64,000 bases of DNA, taken from Planctomycetota bacterium (lineage in GTDB: Bacteria; Planctomycetota; UBA1135; UBA2386). The notes under the pieces were generated by a model. The model had not been told where the DNA came from. It searched no databases and saw only the letters and a program-made list of their open reading frames with translations. Numbering within the stretch: position 1 is the first letter of the stretch; each line of letters opens with the position of its first letter. The stretch lies in NCBI GenBank assembly GCA_046290465.1, contig JBKAGP010000001.1:3648001-3712000 (forward strand). Direction: 5' to 3'. Below, in pieces: positions 1 through 8,350 of the stretch. Both the position numbers and the translations under genes were made by a program.

Positions 1-1830
1 TTCGCCGCGCTCGCGACCAGCGCGCTCTGCCAGACCACCGAGAACGATGCCCCCGATCCTCAGCTCGCCGAGCAGCAGCGCCTCGAGCAGCTGTTCGCCG
101 CACAGATGTCCGGCTGCAAGATGACCGGACGGTTCACGCTCGACGGCTCCGACAAGCCGGCGCAGCCCGAGACCTACACGCTCGGCGAGGTGCGCAAGAT
201 GCGCGACGAGAAGTGGCGCGTCGAAGCCAAGATCGAGTACGCCGACAAGTCGGCGACGGTGCCGCTGACGGTCGACGTGTTCTGGGCCGGCGAGACGCCG
301 ATGATCCAGGTCACCAACCTGTCGGTTCCGGGTCTCGGCACCTACAGCGCGCGGGTGCTGATCCAGGGCAACCGTTACGCGGGCACCTGGTCGGGCAAGA
401 GCTACGGCGGCCACATGTTCGGCAGGATCGAGCGCAAGCACGACCGCGCGCGCGGCGACACCGTCTCGCTCGACGACGTGCTGAGCGGCCGCGTCGAGGG
501 CTCCTCCGCGAGCAAGCAGGGCTCCGACCAGAACTGGCCGACGTGGCGCGGCCCGGCGGGCTCGGGCGAGGCCGCCGGCAAGCCGCCGCTGACCTGGAGC
601 GAGGACGAGAACATCGTCTGGAAGACGCCGCTGCCCGGCCTCGGTAACTCGACGCCGGTCGTCTGGGGCAACCGCATCTACCTGACGACGGCGATCGAGA
701 CCGAACAGGCCGGGGAAGCGCCGAAAGCCGAGCCGGAGGAATCGGGCGCAGGGGACGCCGGGCGACGAGGTGGCCGTCGCGGCGGCCGACGCGGCGGCGG
801 CCGCCAGAACAACCCGGCGCCGAAGAACGTCTGGGACTTCCGCGTGCTGGCGCTCGACCGCGCCACCGGCAAGGTGCTGTGGAACCAAAGCGTCACGCGC
901 ATGGTGCCGCACGAGGGTGGCCACAAGACCGGCTCGCAGGCATCCAACTCGCCGATCACCGACGGCCGCTTCGTCTACGCCCACTTCGGTTCGCGCGGCA
1001 TCCACTGCCTGACCGTCGACGGCGACAAGGTGTGGTCGCGCGACGACCTCGGCCTGATGCGCACGCGCAACGCGTTCGGCGAGGGCAGTTCGCCGGCGCT
1101 GGTCGACGACACCCTGATCGTCAACTGGGACCACGAGGGTGACTCGTTCGTGGTCGCACTCGACGCGCGCACCGGTGAGGACAAGTGGCGCAAGCCGCGC
1201 GAAGAGGTCACCAGCTGGTCGACGCCGGTGATCGCCGAGGTCGACGGCCGCAAGCAGGCGATCATCACGGCGACCGGCGCGTCGCGCGCCTACGACGTCG
1301 AGACCGGCGACGTCGTCTGGAGCTGCAAGGGCATGACCCTCAACGCGATCCCGACGCCGATCGTCAAGGACGGCGTCGCCTACCTGATGAGTGGGTTCCG
1401 CGGCGCGATGCTGCAGGCAATCCGGTTGTCGGGCGCCAAGGGCGACATCACCGACAGCGAGCACGTGCTGTGGAGCCACAAGCGGCAGACGTCGTACGTG
1501 CCGTCGGCGCTGCTCTACGACGACAACCTGTACTTCCTGCGCAGCAACAACGCGGTGCTGAGCTGCGTCGACGCCAAGACCGGCGAGGTGCGCTACGAAG
1601 GGCAGCGCCTGCCGGGCCTGCGCACGGTCTACGCGTCGCCGCTCGGCGCCGACGGCCGGGTCTACTTCACTTCGCGCGAGGGCGTCACCAAGGTCGTCAA
1701 GGCCGGCGGGACCTTCGAGGAGCTGGCGACCAACGAACTCGACGACTCGTTCGACGCCAGCCCGATCGTGCTCGGCAACCGCATGTTCCTGCGCGGCCAC
1801 GGCAACCTGTACTGCATCGGCAACGAGTAG
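1..1830 (+). CDS. PQQ-binding-like (BamB-like) beta-propeller protein with extra N-terminal domain; 5' end runs off the window
   Basis: Frame is open from base 1 (FAALATSALCQ..., tail of a signal peptide). Contains NWPTWRGP, WKTPLPGLGNSTPVVWG, SWSTP, YVPS and YASP motifs of this family. Confidence 0.9.
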   Translation, partial: FAALATSALCQTTENDAPDPQLAEQQRLEQLFAAQMSGCKMTGRFTLDGSDKPAQPETYTLGEVRKMRDEKWRVEAKIEYADKSATVPLTVDVFWAGETPMIQVTNLSVPGLGTYSARVLIQGNRYAGTWSGKSYGGHMFGRIERKHDRARGDTVSLDDVLSGRVEGSSASKQGSDQNWPTWRGPAGSGEAAGKPPLTWSEDENIVWKTPLPGLGNSTPVVWGNRIYLTTAIETEQAGEAPKAEPEESGAGDAGRRGGRRGGRRGGGRQNNPAPKNVWDFRVLALDRATGKVLWNQSVTRMVPHEGGHKTGSQASNSPITDGRFVYAHFGSRGIHCLTVDGDKVWSRDDLGLMRTRNAFGEGSSPALVDDTLIVNWDHEGDSFVVALDARTGEDKWRKPREEVTSWSTPVIAEVDGRKQAIITATGASRAYDVETGDVVWSCKGMTLNAIPTPIVKDGVAYLMSGFRGAMLQAIRLSGAKGDITDSEHVLWSHKRQTSYVPSALLYDDNLYFLRSNNAVLSCVDAKTGEVRYEGQRLPGLRTVYASPLGADGRVYFTSREGVTKVVKAGGTFEELATNELDDSFDASPIVLGNRMFLRGHGNLYCIGNE

Positions 1831-1833
1831 CCG

Positions 1834-3060
1834 TCACTTGGAGGCGGCGCCGAGGCAGACCAGCTGCTCGGCCGTGCGCACGAACATGCAGCCGCGCGCC
1901 AGCGCCGGCGTCGCCAGGATCGGCGCACCGAGGTCGAGCGAGCCGAGCCGTTGGTGCCGGCCGATCGCGAAGCTGACCAGGTGGCCCTCGCGGTCGCCGA
2001 TGTAGATCGCGCGGCCGTTGCTCACCGGCGAGCTGAAGAAGCGGTGCTCGCTGCGTTCGCGCCACCGCTGCTCGCCGGTCTCTGCTTCGATGCAGCTGCA
2101 GTAGCCGCTGTCCGAGAACAGGTAGAAGTGGCCGTCGACGGCGATCGGCGACGGCACGTACGGCAGCCCGCGACGCGGCTTGTAGCGCACCTCGGGCTCC
2201 TTGCGGGCGCCGTCGGCGAGGTCGAACACGACGCACTCCTTGCCCGAGTCGCCGCTGCCGGTCTGCACCATCAGCAGGTCGCCCGACAGGCACGGGCAGG
2301 CGATGAACCGGTTCTTGAAGCCGAGGTCGGCCTGCCAGCGGAGCTCGCCCGACTCCGGCTCGATCGCGGTCAGGCCGTGCGCGTAGCTCGCCAGCAGCAG
2401 CACCGGCGGCGCATCCTTCGGGCGGTGCACGAACGGCGGTGAGTAGCACGCCCAGCGCGCCTTCTGCTGCCGTTCGATGCGCCAACGCGGCTTGCCGGTG
2501 CGGCGATCGAGCGCCGTCACGAAGCAGTCGTCGCCCTGGTTCTCGTTGGCGACGACCAGCAGGTCGCCGCACAACACCGGCGACGTCGCGCTGCCGTGGT
2601 TGCTGTAGAACGCGCCGAGCTCGCGCCGCCACAGCGGCTTGCCCGCGTGGTCGAGCGCCAGCGCGACCAGCTGCTTGCCGGAGGTCCACAACACGTAGAC
2701 GCCGTCGGCATCGACGGCCGGCGTCGACGACGCAAAGCTGTTGAGCTTGTGCTGGTCGTGCGGCTCGAACGCGCTTCTGCGCGCCCAGCGCTGCTCGCCG
2801 GTGTCGGCGTCGAAGCAGACGACCTCACGTTCGCCGCGCTGGTCGCCGATGCGCGTCAGGAACAGCGCATCGCCCCACAGCACCGGCGACGAGTGGCCGG
2901 CGCCGGCATCGACCCGCCAGCGAACGTGCTGCTCGGTCAGGACCGCCGGCAGGTCGGCCTTGCCGTGGCCCTGCCCCGCCGGGCCGCGCAGCCGCGTCCA
3001 CTCCTGCGCGGCGGGCGCCGCGGCCAGCAGCACGACCAGCAACCCCGGCGCCGCGCGCAT
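1834..3060 (-). CDS. PQQ-binding-like beta-propeller protein
   Basis: Signal peptide MRAAPGLLVVLLAAAPAAQ, then EWTRLRGP, GHSSPV, YVPSP, FFSSPV. Start overlaps the upstream stop (TGATG). Confidence 0.9.
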   Translation of the reverse strand: MRAAPGLLVVLLAAAPAAQEWTRLRGPAGQGHGKADLPAVLTEQHVRWRVDAGAGHSSPVLWGDALFLTRIGDQRGEREVVCFDADTGEQRWARRSAFEPHDQHKLNSFASSTPAVDADGVYVLWTSGKQLVALALDHAGKPLWRRELGAFYSNHGSATSPVLCGDLLVVANENQGDDCFVTALDRRTGKPRWRIERQQKARWACYSPPFVHRPKDAPPVLLLASYAHGLTAIEPESGELRWQADLGFKNRFIACPCLSGDLLMVQTGSGDSGKECVVFDLADGARKEPEVRYKPRRGLPYVPSPIAVDGHFYLFSDSGYCSCIEAETGEQRWRERSEHRFFSSPVSNGRAIYIGDREGHLVSFAIGRHQRLGSLDLGAPILATPALARGCMFVRTAEQLVCLGAASK

Positions 3061-4490
3061 CACTTCGCCCCCAGACGGTAAAGGTGGCCGTGCGTGCGGA
3101 TCCAGACGCTGTCGTCGACCAGCGCGGGCGTCGCGAAGCACTCCTCGCCGAAGTCGGCGCGGTGCAGTTCTTCGAGGCCGCCGGCGGCGAGCACGGTCAG
3201 CACGCCCGATTCCCCGAGCAGGTAGACCTTGCCGTCACCGGCCACCGGTGAGGCGAAGTAGGCGTCGCCGGCGTCGCCGACGCGCGCCTTGCCGAGCCGC
3301 CTGCCGGCGTCGGCCGAGACCGTCGTGACCAGCCCACCCTGATCGCTGGCCAGGTAGTAGACGTTGTCGAGGACCAGCGGCGACGGCAGCTGCGGGATCG
3401 AACGGTAGTAGCGCCACTGCACGGCCTGCTCGGTGCGATCGCCCTCGCCGCCGACGGTGATCGCCATCGCCGCGTTGACCGACGCGAACGACGCCCGACA
3501 CAGCCGCCACTCGCCCGCGTCGAGGCCGCCGCTGTGGTCGAGGTCGAGGTACTGGAAGTAGGCCTTCACGCGCCGTTCGTCGACCTCGTCGCGACCGAGC
3601 GCGCCGTCGCCGTTCGCGTCCATCGCCGCGACCGCGTCGGCGAACTTCGGCAGCTCGATCTGGCGGCCGCGATCGTTCATCGGGCTGCCGTAGCCGTGGA
3701 TCCACAGCGTGTCGCCGCGCAGCACCGGCACCGACTTCATCTCGCACGGCAGGCCGCGCACCCACCAGACGCGCTCGCCGGTGTCGGCGTCGTAGGCATC
3801 GAGCAGGAACGAGCCCGGCAGGATGAACTGCACCGGCTTGCCCTCGGGTCGGTAGACGATCGGCGTGCAGTGGCCGCTGACGGCATCGGGCCGCGCGACC
3901 TTGTAGAGCACTTCCCCGCTGTGCTTGTGCACGCCCAGCACGTAGCTGTCCTTGCCGTCGTCGCACGGCAGCACCGCGACGTCGCCGACCAGGATCGGCG
4001 ACGCGCCCATCCCGTAGATGTTGAAGAACGGCCCGAGCGGCTTGCGCCAGCGTTCCTTGCCGTCGTGGTCGTAGGCGAGCATGCCGTACTCGTCGAAGAA
4101 CACGACCACGGTGTCGCCGTCGACCGCGGCCGACGCCGCGGCCGGACCGTTCTTGCCGTGGAACTCGGTGCGACGCGGCCGCGGCGCCTCGCGCCGCCAG
4201 ACCGTCTCGCCGGTGCGCTTGTCCAGCGCGTAGGTCCACAGCTTGTCGGACTCGACCGCGGTCAGGAACACGCGGTCCGCACTGAACACCGGCGAGCTGT
4301 GGCCCGGCGGAAACGCGCGCTTCCAGATCACGCCCTGCTTTGGCCCGATCTCGGCGGCGTAGCTGCCGGACGCGGCGAGGCCGGTGCCGTTGGGCCCACG
4401 GAATCGGTTCCACGGGGAGGTGGTCGCCTCCTGGGCGAGCAGACCCACCGCGCACAGCGCGGCGACGGCGAACGAGCGAACGGGCGACAT
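3060..4490 (-). CDS. PQQ-binding-like beta-propeller protein with EF-hand pair insertion
   Basis: WNRFRGPNG, GHSSPV and YFASPV motifs. Internal DANGDGALGRDE and DLDHSGGLDAGE loops. Confidence 0.9.
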   Translation of the reverse strand: MSPVRSFAVAALCAVGLLAQEATTSPWNRFRGPNGTGLAASGSYAAEIGPKQGVIWKRAFPPGHSSPVFSADRVFLTAVESDKLWTYALDKRTGETVWRREAPRPRRTEFHGKNGPAAASAAVDGDTVVVFFDEYGMLAYDHDGKERWRKPLGPFFNIYGMGASPILVGDVAVLPCDDGKDSYVLGVHKHSGEVLYKVARPDAVSGHCTPIVYRPEGKPVQFILPGSFLLDAYDADTGERVWWVRGLPCEMKSVPVLRGDTLWIHGYGSPMNDRGRQIELPKFADAVAAMDANGDGALGRDEVDERRVKAYFQYLDLDHSGGLDAGEWRLCRASFASVNAAMAITVGGEGDRTEQAVQWRYYRSIPQLPSPLVLDNVYYLASDQGGLVTTVSADAGRRLGKARVGDAGDAYFASPVAGDGKVYLLGESGVLTVLAAGGLEELHRADFGEECFATPALVDDSVWIRTHGHLYRLGAK

Positions 4491-4525
4491 GGCCAGATGC
4501 TACGGATCCGGCCTGCCGGCGGCGG

Positions 4526-5761
4526 CTACCGTTTCGTCTCGATACGGTACAGGTGCTTCCGCGTGCGCAGCACCAGCGCGTCCCCGACCACCGCCGGCGA
4601 CGCCATGAAGCCCGATTCGAGGTGGTTCTCCGCCAGCTCGCGGTATTCGTCCGCCTTCGCCAGCACGACGGTGCGCCCCTCGCGGTCGAAGAAGTAGATC
4701 CGGTCGCCCACGCACAGCGGCGAACCCGAGTGCTCGCCGCCGAGGCGATGGCGCCACACCGGCTCGCCGGTCCGGGCGTCGAGGCAGGTCGCGTAGCCGC
4801 CGTCGTCGACCATGAAGATGCGGTCCCCGACCAGCAGCGGCGACGGCATCTTGGGCACGTTGCGCCGCCACGTCCACGCGACCTTCTCGTCGGTCACGTC
4901 GCCGCTGCCCGCGAGCTCGACCGCGTAGAGCTGCGCGCGCATGAACCCCGTCGGGATGTAGACGCGCACGCCGTCGGTGAGCGGTCGCGACGCCAGCGAG
5001 AAGCCCTTGTAGCGCACGCGCCACAGCTCCTTGCCGGTCTCGAGGTCGTAGGCCATCGCCGCGTGCGCGCCGGGGCTGAGCAGCACGCGGGTGCCGTCGA
5101 GCTCGGTGACGATCGGCGTGCAGTAGGCCTTGCGCAGGTCCTTCTGCATGCTGGCGAGGTCGATCGAACGCTCGGTCTTCCAGACGGTCTCGCCGGTGCG
5201 CTTGTCGAGCGCGATGACGAACTGCACATCGCCGCCGTCGACGTGGAACGCGAGCAAGTCGTCGACCAGCACCGGGGACGAGCCCGGCCCTTCCATGTGG
5301 TCGCAGTTGATGTCGCGTCGCTGCCAGACCTCGTCGAACGTCTCGGTGTCGATGCACGCCGTGCCATAGGTGCCGAAGTGCACGTAGACGCGGCCCGGCT
5401 CGACGACCGGCGACGGCGACGCGTGGCTGTTGAGCGCGTTCTTCTTGCCGGCCTTCTCGACCTCGAACACGACGCGCCGGTGCACGATCTCGCCGCTGTC
5501 GGCGTCGACCGCGACGACGTGCATCTTGCGGCCGCCGTCGGTCGCCGTGGTCAGCCAGATGCGCCCGTCGCAGACCACCGGTGACGACCAGCCCTCGCCG
5601 GGGATCGCGACCTTCCAGCGCACGTTCTGCTGCTCGCTCCAGGTCAGCGGCACGTCGGCCGCAGCGACCACGCCGTCGCGCTTCGGGCCGCGGAACTCCG
5701 GCCAGACGGCCTGGGCGGCGAGCGGGGCCGCGCACGCAGCGAGAACGAGAAGGTTGCGCAT
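4526..5761 (-). CDS. PQQ-binding-like beta-propeller protein
   Basis: Signal peptide, WPEFRGP, GWSSPVV, AYCTP, MPSP, FMASPA. Confidence 0.92.
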   Translation of the reverse strand: MRNLLVLAACAAPLAAQAVWPEFRGPKRDGVVAAADVPLTWSEQQNVRWKVAIPGEGWSSPVVCDGRIWLTTATDGGRKMHVVAVDADSGEIVHRRVVFEVEKAGKKNALNSHASPSPVVEPGRVYVHFGTYGTACIDTETFDEVWQRRDINCDHMEGPGSSPVLVDDLLAFHVDGGDVQFVIALDKRTGETVWKTERSIDLASMQKDLRKAYCTPIVTELDGTRVLLSPGAHAAMAYDLETGKELWRVRYKGFSLASRPLTDGVRVYIPTGFMRAQLYAVELAGSGDVTDEKVAWTWRRNVPKMPSPLLVGDRIFMVDDGGYATCLDARTGEPVWRHRLGGEHSGSPLCVGDRIYFFDREGRTVVLAKADEYRELAENHLESGFMASPAVVGDALVLRTRKHLYRIETKR

Positions 5762-5828
5762 GGCGGGATGTTACGGCGGCGTCGAGCAATCCCGCATCCG
5801 GACCCGGCGCCGAGACGAAACGGCGACG

Positions 5829-7148
5829 ATGGCCGCCACCCAGCTCCGCATCCTCTCCTTCGTGCTCGCCACCCTCGCGGCGAACGCAGCCCCCGCCCAG
5901 GCCGAATCGGAGGCCAAGGCCCCAACGAAGAACCAGGCCGCTCCGGAGACCCAGGCCGCCCGCCCGGACGCGCCGACCGGCGTCTGGAACCAGTGGCGCG
6001 GGCCCGACCGCAACGGCCACTGTCCCGGCGACTGGTGGCCCGAGCGGCTGACCGAGCAGCGCGTCGAGCGGCTGTGGCGGGTCGAGCTCGGCCCGAGCTA
6101 CTCCGGGCCGGTCGTCGACCGCGACACGGTCTACACCACCGAGACCGTCGACAAGAAGGACGAGGTCGTGACCGCCTACGACCGCCGCACCGGCAAGCGC
6201 AAGTGGCGCACGTCGTGGGCCGGCGCCATGAAGGTGCCGTTCTTCGCGGCCAAAAACGGCTCGTGGATCCGTTCGACGCCGGCGGTCGACGACGACTCGA
6301 TCTACGTGGCCGGCATGCTCGACGTGCTGGTCTGCCTCGACAAGGAGACCGGCGAGGAGCGCTGGCGGGCCGACTTCACCCGGCGCTTCGACGCGCCCAA
6401 GCCCGACTTCGGCTTCGTCTGCTCGCCGCTGGTGGTCGGCGACCACGTCTACGTGCAGGCCGGCGCGAGCTTCGTCAAGGTCGACAAGAAGACCGGCGAG
6501 ACCGTCTGGCGTTCGATGAAGGACGGCGGCGGCATGTTCGGCAGCGCGTTCAGCTCGCCGACGCTGGCGACGATCGCCGGCAAGGAGCAGCTGCTGGTGC
6601 AGAGCCGCAACGAGCTGGCCGGCGTCGCCGTCGACGACGGCGAGGTGCTCTGGTCCAAGAAGATCCGCGCGTTCCGCGGCATGAACATCCTGACGCCGCA
6701 GCCCTACAAGGACTCGGTGTTCATCTCGGCCTACGGCGGCCGCGCCCACCGCTTCGACGTGTCGTCGACCGACGGCGCGTTCGCGGCCAACGAAGCGTGG
6801 AACAACCGCGCCCAGGCCAACATGACCTCGCCGGTCGTCATCGACCACTACGCCTATCTCTACCTGCGCGCCAAGCGCTTTGCGTGCGTCGACCTCGACA
6901 GCGGCGAGGAGGTCTGGCGTTCGAGCGGCATGGCCGACGACTACTGGTCTCTGGTCGCGCAGGGCGAACGCATGCTGGCGCTGACCGACGCCGGCGAACT
7001 GCACCTGATCCAGCACGATCCCGATGACCTGAAGATCCTCGACACGCTGCAGATCTCCGACGGCAAGACCTGGGCACACCTGTGCGTGGACGGCGGCCAG
7101 CTGATCGTGCGCGAGCAGGACGGCCTGGCGGCGTGGTCGTGGAAGTAG
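5829..7148 (+). CDS. PQQ-binding-like beta-propeller protein
   Basis: ATG 5829 begins a signal peptide (MAATQLRILSFVLATLAANA). WNQWRGP, SYSGPVV, AFSSP, TWAHL. Confidence 0.9.
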   Translation: MAATQLRILSFVLATLAANAAPAQAESEAKAPTKNQAAPETQAARPDAPTGVWNQWRGPDRNGHCPGDWWPERLTEQRVERLWRVELGPSYSGPVVDRDTVYTTETVDKKDEVVTAYDRRTGKRKWRTSWAGAMKVPFFAAKNGSWIRSTPAVDDDSIYVAGMLDVLVCLDKETGEERWRADFTRRFDAPKPDFGFVCSPLVVGDHVYVQAGASFVKVDKKTGETVWRSMKDGGGMFGSAFSSPTLATIAGKEQLLVQSRNELAGVAVDDGEVLWSKKIRAFRGMNILTPQPYKDSVFISAYGGRAHRFDVSSTDGAFAANEAWNNRAQANMTSPVVIDHYAYLYLRAKRFACVDLDSGEEVWRSSGMADDYWSLVAQGERMLALTDAGELHLIQHDPDDLKILDTLQISDGKTWAHLCVDGGQLIVREQDGLAAWSWK

Positions 7149-7158
7149 CCCGGCCCCA

Positions 7159-7247
7159 CTAGGAGCGCGTCCATGTAGTGGACGCGCTGCCAACCGTGAT
7201 CGCGGAAGCGGAGTGTACGCGTGCGAACGGAGCTTTGCCCGCCAGCG
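7159..7247 (+). repeat. Dispersed 89-bp element, copy A (CTAG-started, with a 10-bp hairpin)
   Basis: Matches the reverse complement of 54394-54482 with 6 mismatches. Confidence 0.9.
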
Positions 7248-7269
7248 ATCCGGCCACCCCTGGATCCCA

Positions 7270-7348
7270 CAAACACCGCATACCGAACCCGGTTCATCCT
7301 GCGCCGTTTCACGGCGCAGGATGAACCGGGTTCGGTATGCGGTGTTTG
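7270..7348. repeat. REP/REPIN-like palindrome, copy 1
   Basis: Perfect 38-bp inverted repeat caaacaccgcataccgaacccggttcatcctgcgccgt with loop ttc. Confidence 0.95.
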
Positions 7349-7444
7349 CGCCGAACGGGTCTCCGCGGCGTTGATCGTGCCCTGCGGGGAAACGGGCTTC
7401 GCCCGCTAGGCATTCGTCCGCACCGGCTGCATGCTGCTGCCGAC

Positions 7445-8185
7445 GTGAGCATTCGAATCGGCGGAGTCCCCTATGGTGTCGGCGCGCCCCTGCTGGGCGG
7501 CCTCGAGGACGCACCCGGCGTCGAACTGGTGCGAGAGCCGCCGACGGCGATGATCCCGGCGCTGCGCGCGGGCACGCTGGACGCGGCGCTGCTGTCGTCG
7601 GTCGAGGCGATCCGGCACCCCGGCTACACGATCGCCGGCGGACTCGGCATCGCGTGCAAGCGGGAGATCCGTTCGGTGCGTGCCTTCCGTCGCCGCGGCC
7701 GCAAGATCCGGCGCGTCGGCTGCGACCGCAGCTCGGCGACGACCGTGTCGCTGCTGCGCCTGTTGCTGCAGCACGTGCACCACGCAGAAGTCGACGGCAC
7801 CCCCGAGTTCGAGACGATCGAGCCGACCCGCGCACCGGACGAACTGCCGCACGACCTGGTGATGCTGATCGGCGATCCGGGGCTCGAGGCCGACGCCGGC
7901 GACCGCGAGGTCTGGGACCTCGGCACCGAGTGGGTTCGCTGGACCGGCCTGCCGTTCGTGTTCGCCCTGTGGGTGCTGCGTCCCGGCGTCGACCACGACG
8001 CCGTGCTGCCGGTGCTGCAGCGCGCGCGCGAAGTCGGCCGGCAGCGCGGCGCCGTCGACGGCACCGAAGGTGCCGCCCACTACGAACTCGACGACCAGGA
8101 CCTGGTCGGCCTGCGCCGCTTCTGGACCGAATGCCGCGCCCTCGGCATCGGCACCGAACCCGACCCCGAGTTCGTGACCCCCTGA
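7445..8185 (+). CDS. mqnA: MqnA/MqnD-family protein (chorismate dehydratase-like, futalosine menaquinone pathway)
   Basis: RIGGVPY...PL, LDAALLSSVE, LIGD, DLGTEWVRWTGLPFVFALW. GTG start inferred. Confidence 0.75.
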   Translation: MSIRIGGVPYGVGAPLLGGLEDAPGVELVREPPTAMIPALRAGTLDAALLSSVEAIRHPGYTIAGGLGIACKREIRSVRAFRRRGRKIRRVGCDRSSATTVSLLRLLLQHVHHAEVDGTPEFETIEPTRAPDELPHDLVMLIGDPGLEADAGDREVWDLGTEWVRWTGLPFVFALWVLRPGVDHDAVLPVLQRAREVGRQRGAVDGTEGAAHYELDDQDLVGLRRFWTECRALGIGTEPDPEFVTP

Positions 8186-8215
8186 TTCGTCACCCACCGA
8201 TTCGTGACCCACTGA
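8171..8215 (+). repeat. 15-bp tandem repeat x3 duplicating the end of the mqnA-like gene
   Basis: ttcgtgaccccctga / ttcgtcacccaccga / ttcgtgacccactga. Confidence 0.8.
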
Positions 8216-8220
8216 CGCCG

Positions 8221-8296
8221 CAAACACCGCATACCGAACCCGGTTCAGCCTGCGCCGTGAAACGGCGCAGGCTGAACCGGGTTCGGTATGCGGTGT
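8221..8296. repeat. REP/REPIN-like palindrome, copy 2
   Basis: 35-bp perfect stem (8224-8258 / 8262-8296), loop gaa. Its last 13 bp are tandemly duplicated to 8309. Confidence 0.95.
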
Positions 8297-8350
8297 CGGT
8301 ATGCGGTGTCCGGGGGTGTTCGTGGTGTGGTGGCGGGGTACCGTTCGTGC

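Noticed and set aside
4500..7835. Very long alternative-frame ORFs (e.g. 4500-7835 minus, 15402-17819 minus, 51126-54275 plus, 61541-63382 minus)
   Set aside because: These are shadow ORFs of high-GC genes. They are Arg/Ala/Gly-rich or antisense to clearly recognisable proteins.
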